NCBI GenBank assembly: GCA_050273025.1 | Contig: CP158635.1 | Coordinates: forward strand, 21,762,001-21,826,000 | Reading direction: 5' to 3' | Origin: Cenococcum geophilum | Lineage: Eukaryota | DNA length: 64,000 bases | Shown: piece after piece, positions 12,590 to 25,485 of the stretch | How the letters are laid out: each line of letters begins with the position of its first letter | How positions within the stretch are numbered: the first letter of the stretch is position 1 | Notes under the pieces: model-generated | What the model saw: only the letters and a program-made list of their open reading frames with translations | What the model was told of the DNA's origin: nothing | Databases searched by the model: none | Position numbers and translations under genes: made by a program

Positions 12590-15584
12590 CTTAGCAAAAA
12601 ATGCCTAATTTATATTATAAAAGTTAACTAGGTTATTATTTAAAGTATATTAGGCATAAAACTCTAGACTATCTAGTATCTTTTAGGGAAGTAAGGTGCG
12701 TGCAAAAGCCAAATAGTTCTACTAAACTAATATACTTATCCTCTACCTATCCCGTAGAAAAGTAAACAAAGATACTATAAGTTAAGTAGTAGCTCCTAAG
12801 ATAATCTGGATCTTAAAGGGGATAATATTAAGCTCTATACTGTAACTATCTTTATTAAAAGGCAAGGCTGTTATTAATATACTATAGTATAACCTATTAT
12901 TATTAATTTTAATAACGTTATCCTAATGGATAGTCCTATTCTTATTAAACAAAAGCCTATAAACCCTAAGCGACCGTAAGATATCTAAAACCTACACTTA
13001 AAAGAAACGCATATATTACTTAAATAAATAACCACTATAGGATAACTTTAGATAATATATAAAGTAACTACTTAGCCTAGTTAATATAAAGATATATAGT
13101 ATTGCTTAAATATATCTTATTATATAAGTAATAACAGGCTCTATGCCTAAAAAGCTCTATCTCTCTCCTTAGCTAGAAATAAACATAAGCGGTTTAAATA
13201 CACTAATAAAGCAGATATAGAAAGAGGCGATTACTATTATAGACCGTTATAAAAACCTAATAAATAGAGCATTAAGTATGCTACTAGGGCCAGCAGCACG
13301 TAAGGTTCGCGGTTCTTAGATTTAATAACACTATACTAACTAATTTTCTAGCTATATAACCAGCTTAGCGTATTTTAGTATTATATAATAAATATAGTGT
13401 GTAATACTATTACCAGAAGCTATTACTGCCTTAAACTAGATACCGAGGCCGTGGTAAAAAAAAGTAGCGGAACTACTTAAGAATAACCACTTTACGCTTA
13501 GTAGCCTAGTTAGTACTCTACCTTTTACTATACCTAACTAACTAAGGCTAGGATAGAGAGATAAGATTTAGGGCGCTAATTATTACACGTTATATTAAGC
13601 GCGTGTTCTTTAATACTAGGCTAAGGTCACTTACCCTTAATAAGAATAGTACTAACCTCTTTTTGCCTATTATAGCTAATACAATATAGCTTATATACGT
13701 AGCAATTTAATATGCTTTTAAGGACTATAGAAGCGAAATATAAGTCATTTATAAGTTTAAAGCCAACGCTATAATTATAGGTAAATTTATAGGAAGCCTC
13801 TTACTATACTTATTAAAGCGTATTATAGATAGTTAGGAGCGACTATAAAATACCTAAAAGAGCTACTAACTTAAGCGTGATAAAAGGCTATATAGGCTAC
13901 TTTTATAATAAGTTAATAAGATACGGAATATAACTAGAGATAAGATACTATAGACTTAATAAGCAATTAGCGATCTATTTAAGGATACTATAAAAGATTT
14001 AAAGGAACTAAATCCTAAGTATAATAACGGGTTTACTTAATAACTGTATACTATAAGTATAAACACACAATATTATATTAATCGCATCGCAACGTTATAT
14101 CGCGATACTTGCTATATACTATAGCACTTTACCGCCGTTTCCTATATTACAATATTACGCTATTTTAATTATTATATACGGGCTAATAAAGATAATATAA
14201 TAGGACAACGGTAGCCTAGCGTATTTGTCGCAAAGAATAAACCCCAAAACTATATATAAGGTCTCCTTCTCGCAGTATACTAATAAGACGATTTTAATGC
14301 TATATAACTATAATATTAACGCTATCTAAGCGCGCCTTAAATAAATTTAAGGTAATAATAAATAGGAAATAGAAATTAATCACTGCATCTTATAGTATAC
14401 TTTCGCCGGCGAGTTTAAGGTTATAGATATTACGGATAGTACTATACTAAAGAATATAAAGGCCCGCCTATAGAGTAGAGATAGACCGGTAACACTAGAA
14501 TTTACTAATAAAGAGGATAAAAGTAGAGAAGGCAGTGGAATAGATAGGGAAAATAACGGCAATAAAAAGGATAAGAGTAGAGAAGGCAGCGGGATAAACG
14601 GGGAAAATAATAATAAGAATAATGGCAAGAATAAAGATAATTAGGGGTTTAATAGTATAGTGCTACTATCGCGGCAGGACTTATATAAATATTAAACTTA
14701 AAATAGTAGGTTAACTAAAGGGCGTTATTAGGCGTATTAAGGTTATACTATACTACTATTAGGTTAAAATATATTCTTTATATAGTATATACTAGGCGTA
14801 TAGAATAAGTAAAGAATACTAACTACGTAGAATAAGTAAAGGGTACAAACTGCGTAAAATAAGTAAAGGGTACTAACTACGTAGACTAAGTAAAGTATAC
14901 TAATTGCGCGGAATAGGTAAATACTACTAACGGCGCAGACTAAGTAAATACTATTAAATACGCGGAAAAAGCAACGCTTATCTATTGCTTAAAGTAAGTA
15001 AGATATACAGAATAAGTAAGGGGGGTATTATATATTAATTGCGTATTAAGTATAAAGAGAGCTTAATAGAATAAAGGAACTACTTACCCGAATAGCTATA
15101 AATACGCAATTAGCTACACCGCGTTATTAGATACGGTAGTATACTACACTACGTTATTAAATACGGCAGTATACTTATACCGCATTACTAGATACGGCAG
15201 TATACTACACCACGTTATTAAATACAGCAGTATGCTATACTGCGTTATTAGATACGGCAAAATGCTATACTACGTTATTAGATACGGTAGAATGCTATAC
15301 TACGTTATTAAATGCGGCAGAATGCTGCACCGCGTTATTAAATACGGCAGTATGCTTGCACTACGTTGCTAGATACAGCAGTATACTACACTACGTTATT
15401 AGATACGGCAGTATACTATATTACGTTATTAAATGCAGCAGTATACTGCACCGCGTTATCAGATGCGGCAATATACCGCACCTAAGTTAATACTATACGC
15501 TACACATTACAGTGCGCGGATTGCGCATTTGGTCGCCAAATGCCGCCAAATACTGCGAAAATGCTGGTAAATTATTTCCTAACG
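12590..15584. mobile_element. Unclassified RIP-degenerate element with ~30-bp subterminal arrays and a CATCAGG-like right end
   Basis: Tandem ~30-bp arrays at ~14800-14970 and ~15100-15480, gccgccaaat motifs, and an end tttcctaacg (compare tttcctgatg) abutting copia gag. Coding content not identified. Confidence 0.45.
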
Positions 15585-18500
15585 TACCTCTAAAATGGCA
15601 CGGAAGAAAGATACCCTAATGTACTACTATGGAGCTGTTTACTAGTTCTAAGATTGTCCTTATATTAATAAGTTGGTTTAATTAAAGGATTAGAAACTAG
15701 ATAAAGCGACAGCTAAAAAGGTTAAGGAAAAGATTACTAACGCCCTAGAATAGTATAAGTGAATACTAGAGAAGGTTAGGAAGTAGTCTTTAAAGAAGAA
15801 AGCTATATAGAGCCCAGATAAAAAGGAAGACAATAGTACCTTTTACGTATATTAAATAGGCGCCTATAAAGCAGGCACTAACTATAAGCTACGTAATAGC
15901 GTAATACTTAATAACGGAACTACTATATACATTATTAATAATTAATTAAGGTTTGTTAACTAGCTTTAACTAAGTAATAACTTTATATATACCGGAACGG
16001 GTATAGATCTAGTTAAGGGTGTAGGGACGGCGGTAATTACTATTTAGACGCTATTAGGTCCCAAAAAGATCTTCTTAGCTAACACAGCTTATATACTAGG
16101 TTTTTTTATAAATTTAGCCTACCTAAGAAAGTTTAATAATAGGGATATATAGTGGGATAATAAAAAGAACCTACTGTATAAAAACGATTATAAGACGTTT
16201 GTATATTGTGAGCGCTATTATAATTAATTAACCCTAGAGTACAATAAGCTACAATTAGAGACTCTAAGTAAGGCCTTATTCGTAATATAATTACAAAACC
16301 CTCTTCCTAATTAGGAAGTAATAGGCAGGCTCTAATATAAGAGACTGGGCTATATAGGACCTAACGCAATTAAGTATTTACCTTAGGAAGTAGGTAGTGC
16401 AAAACTTTAAGGTCTGGTAATAATTAACTATAAGACCTATGCTGTCAGCAAGGCTTATAAAATTGTATTAAGAAGACTACCTACTAGTAAGGCAACTAGA
16501 CCCTTCTACTAAGTGCATATTAACTTATTTTAAGAGATTATGGCGTATAATAGTTATATCTAGATAATATATTTCTATAACGAATTTCTATATTTAAACA
16601 AGGTTAAGACCTTTACCTATAAGTTATTAACAACGCAAGTAATTATATAATACTTAAATAGGGTAGAACGTCAATATAACCTAAAGATTATAATAATTTA
16701 AATCAATGGCAAAACGTCTCTAGGTGGCGAGTTTAACACCTAAAGGACCTAAAAAGGAATATTACTAGAGCAGTCGGCCCTATATATAAAGTCTTAGAAC
16801 AGTTCTACTAAACGTTCTAGGGGGGTAATTATTATTAAGTCTTAATGCATGCGGATTAAGGCTTAATTACCAGAAAAGCTCTAGCTAGAAATTACTAGGG
16901 CTATAGCATATCTAATTAATTAGACACTAAGCGCCTAGCTTAGCTAAATAACACCTTTTAAGAAGCTTTAGTTAGCACTAGGGCTCTCGCTATTAAAGCT
17001 AAATATAGCTTACCTATAAATATACGGCTGTAGAGCTTACCCGCTTAAATATAAAATCCTATATATATAAAAGCTTAAGCTAAGGGCTTATATTAGATAC
17101 CTAGTGGGGTACTAGTTAACAAACATCTTTAGGGTCTATATACCCAGCAAAAAGAAGGTAATTTAAACGAGAGACGTGACGTTTAACGAGCAATTGCTCC
17201 ACAACAACAGTTAGCTAAATCTTGCAAATCTACTCTAGAAACGCGCGGATTAAATTTTAGAGGTAATTAATATATTAAATATTAATAGGACGCTTTAGGA
17301 AGAGCTTAACAAGACATTAAATAAGATATTAGATGAGGAGGACGAAACGGATACTAGTAGAAGTTAATAGGTAGATACTAATGAAAATTAAGATTAAGCG
17401 ATAGATTAGGACGATGACGTAATCAGCCTACAAGCCTTTAAGGACAACTCTACACTAGGCCTCCCTACCCTAGCTAAGACGCTAACCTTAATTAGATACT
17501 ACTAATATAGAGCCGTTAAGTGCCTTAATTAAGCGAAAACCTTAATTTAAACTCGTTTTTAGAGAATAAGCCCGCCTAAAATAGGAGATCCGCGGCGATG
17601 TAGGCGATATTAATATTGTAATAAATAGAAGAACTAAAAAGCCCTTAATGCGTCAAGAAGCTTACCTTACAGATATTAAGCAATTAGATACCCTTCTTAC
17701 CTTTTATAAAGCTTTTTACTACCGGAATTAAATATTACTAAAAGCGATTATACCGCGACGAGCTTTTATTACTACCTCGCAGCTAAAAGGAGCTTTAAGC
17801 TCACCTATATAAAGATAGCTTTGCGGAAGCCGCTAATAAGGAATTTAGTAATCTTAAGCAGTAAGGGACATTCAAGACTATTATACAGACAGTGTCGCTT
17901 AACGTCTTACCCGTTACCTAGGTGTTTACTTATAAGTTTAACACTAATAGATATCTAGTTAAATATAAAGCCTATCTTTATATATAAGGTAACTTATAAC
18001 GACCTAGTAAAAAGGATATATATACAGCAACCCTTACAGCAAAAATATTTAGGGCTATAATAGTAATTGTCGCTATATGCAATCTAGAGACTTAGTAGTA
18101 CAATATAGTTAACGCCTTTGCTAACAGCCTTATTAATAAGATAGTCTATATTAAGTTTCCAAACGGCTTTTAATAGAAGGGTAGGTGTCTGCTCCTTTGA
18201 AGAGCCTTATACGTCCTTAAACGATTACTACTACTTTAGCTTAATAAGTTCTTAACTACCCTAACGACCCTAGGTCTAACGGCAGTTAATAGAGAATTAT
18301 ACCTATTTTATAACGACTGGCTAATCGTATTCTTCTACGTTAATAATATTATAGCAGCCTGTCGCATAGAAGACCTACTAAAGCTTTAACTCTTTAAGGA
18401 AGAGCTAATAAAGAAGTACGAGATTAAGAACCTAGGAGAACTAACCTAGTTCTTAGAAATTAGAATCCTCCACGATCGACCTTAACAGAAGCTTTAGCTC

Positions 18501-19688
18501 TATTAAGATTCCTATATTAATAAGATCGCCAGCACCTTCTATCTAAAAGATTATTGTCTAATATATACGCTAATAAGTACGGATAATCTCTTGCCTAATC
18601 TAGAGTAGGCCTTTAAGCAGCAGGTCTATATATATTAGAGGAAGGTCGGCTTACTACTCTACGCCACCTACATTACACGACCTGACGTCGCTTAAGCCTC
18701 GAGCAAGCTCGCAGAATTCCTTTGTAATCCGTCGCCCCTATATAAAGCCGCAGTTAATTAAGTAATTATATACCTCTATTAAACGAGAACCCTGGCGATT
18801 AAATACTTAAATAGGAATATTAGAAGTCAGATCGTCGTCTATATAAGCGACGCTATATTTGGCGATAATCCTATTAGTCGGAAGAGTACTAAAGGCTTTA
18901 TATTTTCACTATTTAGGGGAGTAATTAACTGGCGCTCCACCAAGCAGAAGATAGTTATAATATTAAGCACTAAAGCTGAGCTTAAGGCTCTATTAAATGC
19001 AGCTACCAAATTAATTTAGTGGTAGCGCTTCTTTTAAGCTATGCAACTCCACACGAATAAGGAGTATATAATTGGCTATAATAACCTATAGACGATTTGA
19101 CTGCTTACTAAGAACGGACCTTAGTTAAACACAAAGCTTCGTTACGTAGATATCCACCAGCATTAGCTTCGCTAAGAAGTTTAAAAGGGCTTAATTGTAA
19201 TTAAGTAGGTCCCTACTACTAATATAACGGCTGACGGTCTTATAAAGGCCCTGCCAAGGTAGAAGCATAAAAGCTTTATTTAATAACTAAATCTAATTAA
19301 TATTAAGACCCTATTGTAGTTAGATTTGACTGTACTATTTAACCTATTTACACGATTTCCTTATTAAGTTCTTACTTTTAGATGGTTTCTATTTAGGTAT
19401 ATCTAGCTAATTACCTACTAGTTAATTAGCTGGGGGGGTATGTCGACCTAAATTAGGTTATCTTATTACCGACTTAGCAACCTCCCATTGACTTAGTTAT
19501 TGACTTAATTATTGACTCGGTTATTGACTCGGTCACTTAGCCCTTGTTTTTATTGCCACCCCCTTACCCCCTTCTCGTTTTCATTTCCTATACCTTTCCT
19601 ATGTATATATAGAGGCTCTAGAGCCACCATTTAATAGACAGAGTTATTATTCTTTTCTTATAATCGGTGTACGGACTTCCGATTAACA
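15585..19688 (+). mobile_element. Ty1/copia LTR retrotransposon, 5'-truncated, RIP-degenerate
   Basis: Domain order: Zn-knuckle relic, protease (ILNNGTTIYIIN), GAG-pre-integrase (L*YKRLGYIG), integrase (EQSALY..*NSSTKRSRG), RT (FYVNNII), RNase H (KLRYVDIHQH*LR*EV). PPT agctggggggg precedes the 3' LTR. Confidence 0.9.
19441..19688 (+). repeat. 3' LTR of the copia element (~248 bp)
   Basis: TG(tcga)...(ttaa)CA immediately after the PPT. Confidence 0.75.
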
Positions 19689-21090
19689 CTTATTAAGTAG
19701 GGGTAGTAAATAGCGGTCCTTGCGGGTTATATTATTTAGTTTATAATAATTAATACAGAAACAGAGTCCTCTATTTAGCTTTTTAGTAAAGAAAATAGGC
19801 GAGTTAAAAAGGGCTTAGCTAGGCTTAATAAAACCCTTATTTAGGTTATCAATAAGGCACTACTTTATAGTTTATAATTTAGCAGTAAATACCTAGTAAA
19901 GGGGGCTAAAGCTAAGAATGTTTTCCTTATCTAGCTTAATTTTAATCTTATAGTTATATAGTCAGTAAGGCAGGAGTTTATTAGATGCTGCCTTAGAGAA
20001 TATATCCTTAAACTTCTAATATTAATAGGGTAGTTTCTATTCTACTAGCTCCTTATCTATAAGCTTACCCTCCTATCCACTAAGTTTACTTTTCTTTTCC
20101 TTAAATATTTGGTTAATTTTGTATAAGCTAGTTATAAAAGTAATAATATTAGGCTAAACTAAGTTCTAGTAGGATCCTATAGCGCTAATATAGTAGATAT
20201 TAACTAGTGGGAGGTTTATAGGTTTCCTTACAGCTGTTTACCGGACTATATTTTGCGGTTTAGGGTTTATAATCTTTTTTAGCTCCTATTCCATCTTCCG
20301 CAAGTTATCCCTCTAATCTATTAGTTTAGTATAGCGTTTAATATTCCTTGCTATTCTTCGTAGCTATATAGGGCTTAAGCTCTCTATAGGGGGCTTTTTT
20401 AGATTACTACTAACTTTCTAGGTCTTTAATACGAGTAGCGTAATATAGGTAGTTTAGGGGTGGCGTAGTATACGGATCTGTTACGGATTAAGCTATATAT
20501 CTTTCTTAAAGGCCTAGTCCCTATATATAGCATCGGCCTAGTAAATAGTATTAATCTAGGGCTATATAAGATTTTCTATTATAATACTAATTTCTTTTAT
20601 AAAGGAAGGAGTTAGGAGTAGGGTTTTAGGCTAGATAAGCTATTTACTCTATATATTTAGCTATAAGCCTAAATAGGCTAGCCATTTTCTCCCTAAGATT
20701 ATATTATAGCTTTTTAGGTCTATAATAAGGAAGAGGACGTTATATTGCCTTCGTCCGTTAATATAAAGGTAAATCCGTAAAATAGTTAATAGGTGGCCCT
20801 ATTTATCGGTTATACCCATAAATAGGAATTAGTTTAGGTAGTTCTTTAAGGGGTATATTTAAAAAGTTAGCTAGCTTTATAGCATACTAGGTATCTATTA
20901 AGGTAAAGGTATTTACTCTAAAGTTAGCTAAAGTAGAGGTTAAAACTTAATATTTATTACGGAATAAAGTATAAGGGATAGTATAGCTTCTTCTGCTAAC
21001 TAGCCGACCTAGATTAATATATAATATATTAATCCCTTTTAACCCTAAAAAGGAGTCTTTTTTTTAGGGTTTCTCCTTTTCTAACTCTGT

Positions 21091-21514
21091 TGTTACAGAC
21101 GCTTTAAGTACAATATTACGACTACTTAGAGAAGAATTAGAAGAAGCTAGTTGGTTAATTTAAGCATAGTCTAGGATGGAGCCGGTAAAGCTATATAACG
21201 AGGAATAGTAACCAAGGTTACGTAACGTGATCTATATAATCTGTGGGATCTAAGTAATCCACAATAGAGTAGATAGAGTATACGTATATTATGTATAAGA
21301 AGGATTCTATAGGAGTACGGTTGTGTATTTAAGGACCCTTAGTCCCTACCTAGATAGTTCCTTCCTTATAGTAATTCTTAGAATATAATTAGAGTTAATC
21401 TATTAGGTAACTACTCTACCAGTTATTATTACGTTATTAACTTTAACTTGTATTACCTATACACCTAGCCTATTAATAAGCCTATTGTAGTACTTGCTAT
21501 AAAATTCCGTTATA
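21091..21514 (+). repeat. 5' LTR of G1
   Basis: Direct repeat of 31003-31426, differing largely by C>T/G>A changes. Confidence 0.95.
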
Positions 21515-23013
21515 TAATTACTACCTGGTTACGGTATTAAGTATAAAAAGTTAAATAATATGCCACTAAAAGCAGCTACCACAACGCCATTAACGGCGGC
21601 AACTACTTTAAGGTTAGGAGGTAATACCAGTATAGTAAATACTAACTTATAGCAACCTATAACGGTTAGACAACTATAAGAGATAGTTGACTAGTTAATA
21701 ACTAATAATGCGGTATTAGAAGAAAGGGTTAATAAAATAGGAGCAGCGAAGATTAAGTTACTATTAATTAAGAGATACTTAGGAGAGAGATTAAAGCTTA
21801 AAGGATTTCTTATATAAATGCACTTTAAAGTTATATAAGAAGGGGTAAAGCTACTAATACCCATGGATCGAATAGCATATGCAGGACTATTCCTATTAGG
21901 AAGAGCACTTAAGTGGTTTAAGCCTTACCTTATAGAGATATAGGCAAATAGAATAACAACTACTAATTAAGAGGTACGGTTTATATTCTTAAGCTAGGAA
22001 GGGTTTATAGAGCGACTTATATAAATATTTAAAGACCTAAAGGCAGTAACTATAGCGGAAAGAAAACTCTAAGACATTATATAATAAACCTTAGCAATTA
22101 AGTATATAACGTAGTTCTAGACGCTAGCTATATAAGTTAAGTAGAATAATAAGGCGCTTATAGCATAGTATAAGTAAGGACTTAAGGCTAAAGTCTAGGA
22201 CGTGATTATTCTAATAGAAGATGTGAATACCCTAAGGGAGTTAATAGATTAAGTGATTAAGATTAACAATTAGATCTACTAAAGGGAACAGGCTAAAAGA
22301 GGCTAGGATAAAGTTCTATAGTTATATAAGGCGTAAAGTACGCAATAACTAAAGCTAAGTTAAAAACTATAGTATGGCGCAGAGCTAATAGACCTAAGTG
22401 GTACTAAAAATTTTAGGAAATGGAATAAGAAATTATAGAAACCTAAAGGGTAAGGATTAAGTAATTAAAGACCTAAGGAGCAGAGGCTAAACTAGGGATT
22501 TTAGCAGCAGAAGACGTTTAGGTAGACTTTATAGCAAGAAAAATAGTTTAAAAAAGGAGCTTATATAAATTACAGAAAACAAGGTCACTATATTAAAGAC
22601 TATAGAAGTAGTTAGAGTTACTACGCAGTAAAAGGGATGAGGCTAGTAGATGATATATATATATAGAGGGATAATAATATGCTACGAGGAATAAAAGAAT
22701 GTTTAATTAAAAGTTTTGCGTTCTGTTATAATAATGCATACTAAATTTATAAGGATACTAAGTATAGCGCAAGCTATTAGCTATAAGAGCCATACTTAGT
22801 AAAGTATAAAGGAACTAATAAACTAGTTTATAGACCGGATATTAAGGACGATAAATTTAATATAGGCGAAATATTTTATAATAATAAGGCAATAAAGGCG
22901 GCTTACTAGGAGTATATAGACCTTAGAGATATTATATAAGAGGTAAAAAATAATTCTACTATAGAATAGGGAACATTAGTAGGGATTAAGACCCTACTAG
23001 ATACGATGTCTAT

Positions 23014-23445
23014 CATCAGGAAAAAAAATTTCGGGCTCGTTGTTGCAGTTTGCGGCAATTTGCGGCAAACTATACGGTCGCGGCAGTCGTATATGGTCTT
23101 GTGCGGTTTGCGCATTTTGCGGCAAACTGCACAGAGCCTGCGTATTTTACAGCAACTTGCAGCAAACTGCACAGAGCCTACGCATTTTACAGCAACTTGC
23201 AGCAAACGCGCAGAGCCTGTATATTTTACACGTTTTATATATTTTATATATTTTATATATTTTGCATATTTTACACATTTTATATTTTGCATATTTTATA
23301 TTTCTATATAACTATATAAAATATAGAGCTATTTATTAAGCAATTAAGATAAGGGGGATACCCTTTACAAAGGCTCCAAATCATTAATTGGCGGTATTCC
23401 TAACGATCTGCTGGCTGTATACCGATTTCCTAACTAGGCCTAGTG

Positions 23446-23480
<35 letters not shown>

Positions 23481-25485
23481 ACCTGTCTGTCTGTCTGTCT
23501 GTCTGTACCTGCCTATGCCTACCTGCCTATGCCTACTGTCTATGCCTACTATCTGTGCCTACCTGTCTGTGCCTACTGTCTGTGCCTACCTGTCTGTACC
23601 TACCTATCTGTGCTACCTGTCTATACCTACCGTCTGTGCCTACCGTCTGTGCCTCCTATCTGTGCTACTGTCTATGCCTACCTGTCTGTAATTTGGGGGA
23701 AAGGTCGGCCCGATCGAAGGCTCCGCCTGATTTAATTGATCGATTAATCGTATTAATTCGAATCGTTCTCTACAGCCGTTCGCTGGCTGTATATTCAAAC
23801 GGTGGTCGTCTGGCTCTGGCGACGGTCAACGGTCGTCTGGTTCTGGCGACGGTCAACGGTCGTCTGGTTCTGGCGACGGTCGACGGTCGTCTGGTTCTGG
23901 CGACGGTCCTCAGCTGGCTGCCGTTCTGGTGCCTCCCTAGGTAGGGAGGATGTAAGGAAGGAAGGGTAAAAAATAAGGTGGCTACCTAGGTATATAGATA
24001 AGGGGTACACTTGGCAGAGGCACGTGTAGAGGCTATCGGGAATATAGCGGGGACCCGATGCAGAGCTTCGTGTAGAGCCTCCGTATGTCGCGCAAAGCCT
24101 CGTGCAGAGCCTCTGTACGTAGAGCTTCGTGTAGAGCTTCGTGCAGAGCTTCGTGTAGAGCCTCCGTATGTAGAGCTTCGCGCAAAGCCTCGTGCAGAGC
24201 CTCTGTACGTAGAGCTTCGTGTAGAGCCTTGTGTAGAGCTTCGTGCAGAGCTTCGTGTAGAGCCTTATGCAGAGCCTTGTGCAAAGCTTCGTGTAGAGCT
24301 TCGTGTAGAGCCTCGCGCAAAGCTTCGTGCAGAGCTTTGTGTAGAGCTTCGTGTAGAGCTTCGTGCAGAGCTTCGTGTAGAGCTTCGTGCAGAGCCTCGT
24401 GTAGAGCTTCGTGCAGAGCCTCGTGTAGAGCTTCGTGCAGAGCCTCGTACAGAGCCTCTGTACGCAGAGCTTCGTATAGAGCCTCGTGTAGAGCCTCGTG
24501 CAAAGCTTTGTGCAGAGCTTCGTGTAGAGCTTCGTGCAGAGCTTCGTGTAGAGCTTCGTGTAGAGCTTCGTGTAGAGCTTCGTGCAGAGCCTCGTGTAGA
24601 GCTTCGTGCAGAGCCTCGTACAGAGCCTCTATACGCAGAGCTTCGTATAGAGCTCCGTGCAGAGCTTCGTGCAGAGCTTCGTGTAGAGCCTCATGCAGAG
24701 CCTTGTGCAAAGCTTCGTGTAGAGCTTCGTGTAGAGCCTCGCGCAAAGCTTCGTGCAGAGCTTTGTGTAGAGCTTCGTGTAGAGCTTCGTGTAGAGCTTT
24801 ATGCAAAGCTTCGTGCAGAGCTTCGTGTAGAGCTTCGTGCAGAGCCTCGTGTAGAGCTTCGTGTAGAGCTTTATGCAGAGCTTCGTGTAGAGCTTCGTAT
24901 AGAGCTTCGTGTAGAGCTTCGTGTAGAGCTTCGTGTAGAGCTTCGTGTAGAGCTTCGTGTAGAGCTTCGTGTAGAGCCTCGTGTAGAGCTTCGTGCAAAG
25001 CTTCGTGTAGAGCTTCGTGCAGAGCCTCGTGTAGAGCTTCGTGCAGAGCCTCGTACAGAGCCTCTATACGCAGAGCTTCGTATAGAGCTTCGTGCAGAGC
25101 TTCGTGCAGAGCTTCGTGTAGAGCTTTGTGCAGAGCCTCGTGCAGAGCTTCGTGCAGAGCTTCGTGCAGAGCTTCGTGTAGAGCTTTGTGCAGAGCCTCG
25201 TGCAGAGCTTCGTGCAGAGCTTCGTGTAGAGCTTTGTGCAGAGCTTCGTGCAGAGCTTTGTGTAGAGCTTCGTGTAGAGCTTTATAGTATTTTTGTTGCG
25301 TTTTTATTGCAGCCGAAAATTAGGGTCTACTTAAGTCGCAATTTGCGGCGATTTACATGGGTAGCCTATGTATTTGTAGCAAATCGCCGCAAGTTGCCGC
25401 AAATCGCTAAAATCGCGACTTACGCAGGTTTTGCAGACCCCGATTTTCGCTTGCGACAACGTGCCCAAAAAAAAATTTCCTGATG
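23014..25485. mobile_element. CATCAGG-TIR minisatellite element, copy 2 (inverted relative to copy 1), inserted in G1
   Basis: catcaggaaaaaaaatttcgggctcgttgttgc ... gcgacaacgtgcccaaaaaaaaatttcctgatg. Flanks tat/cat are compatible with a 3-bp TSD plus one RIP change. Confidence 0.85.
24058..25283. repeat. 12-bp tandem repeat (agagcttcgtgc/t), ~100 units
   Basis: Reverse complement of the 3268-3865 array. Confidence 0.97.

Noticed and set aside
24011..25483. 490-aa ELRV-repeat ORF and overlapping 321/400-aa ORFs
   Set aside because: Same 12-bp array; no coding signal beyond the repeat.
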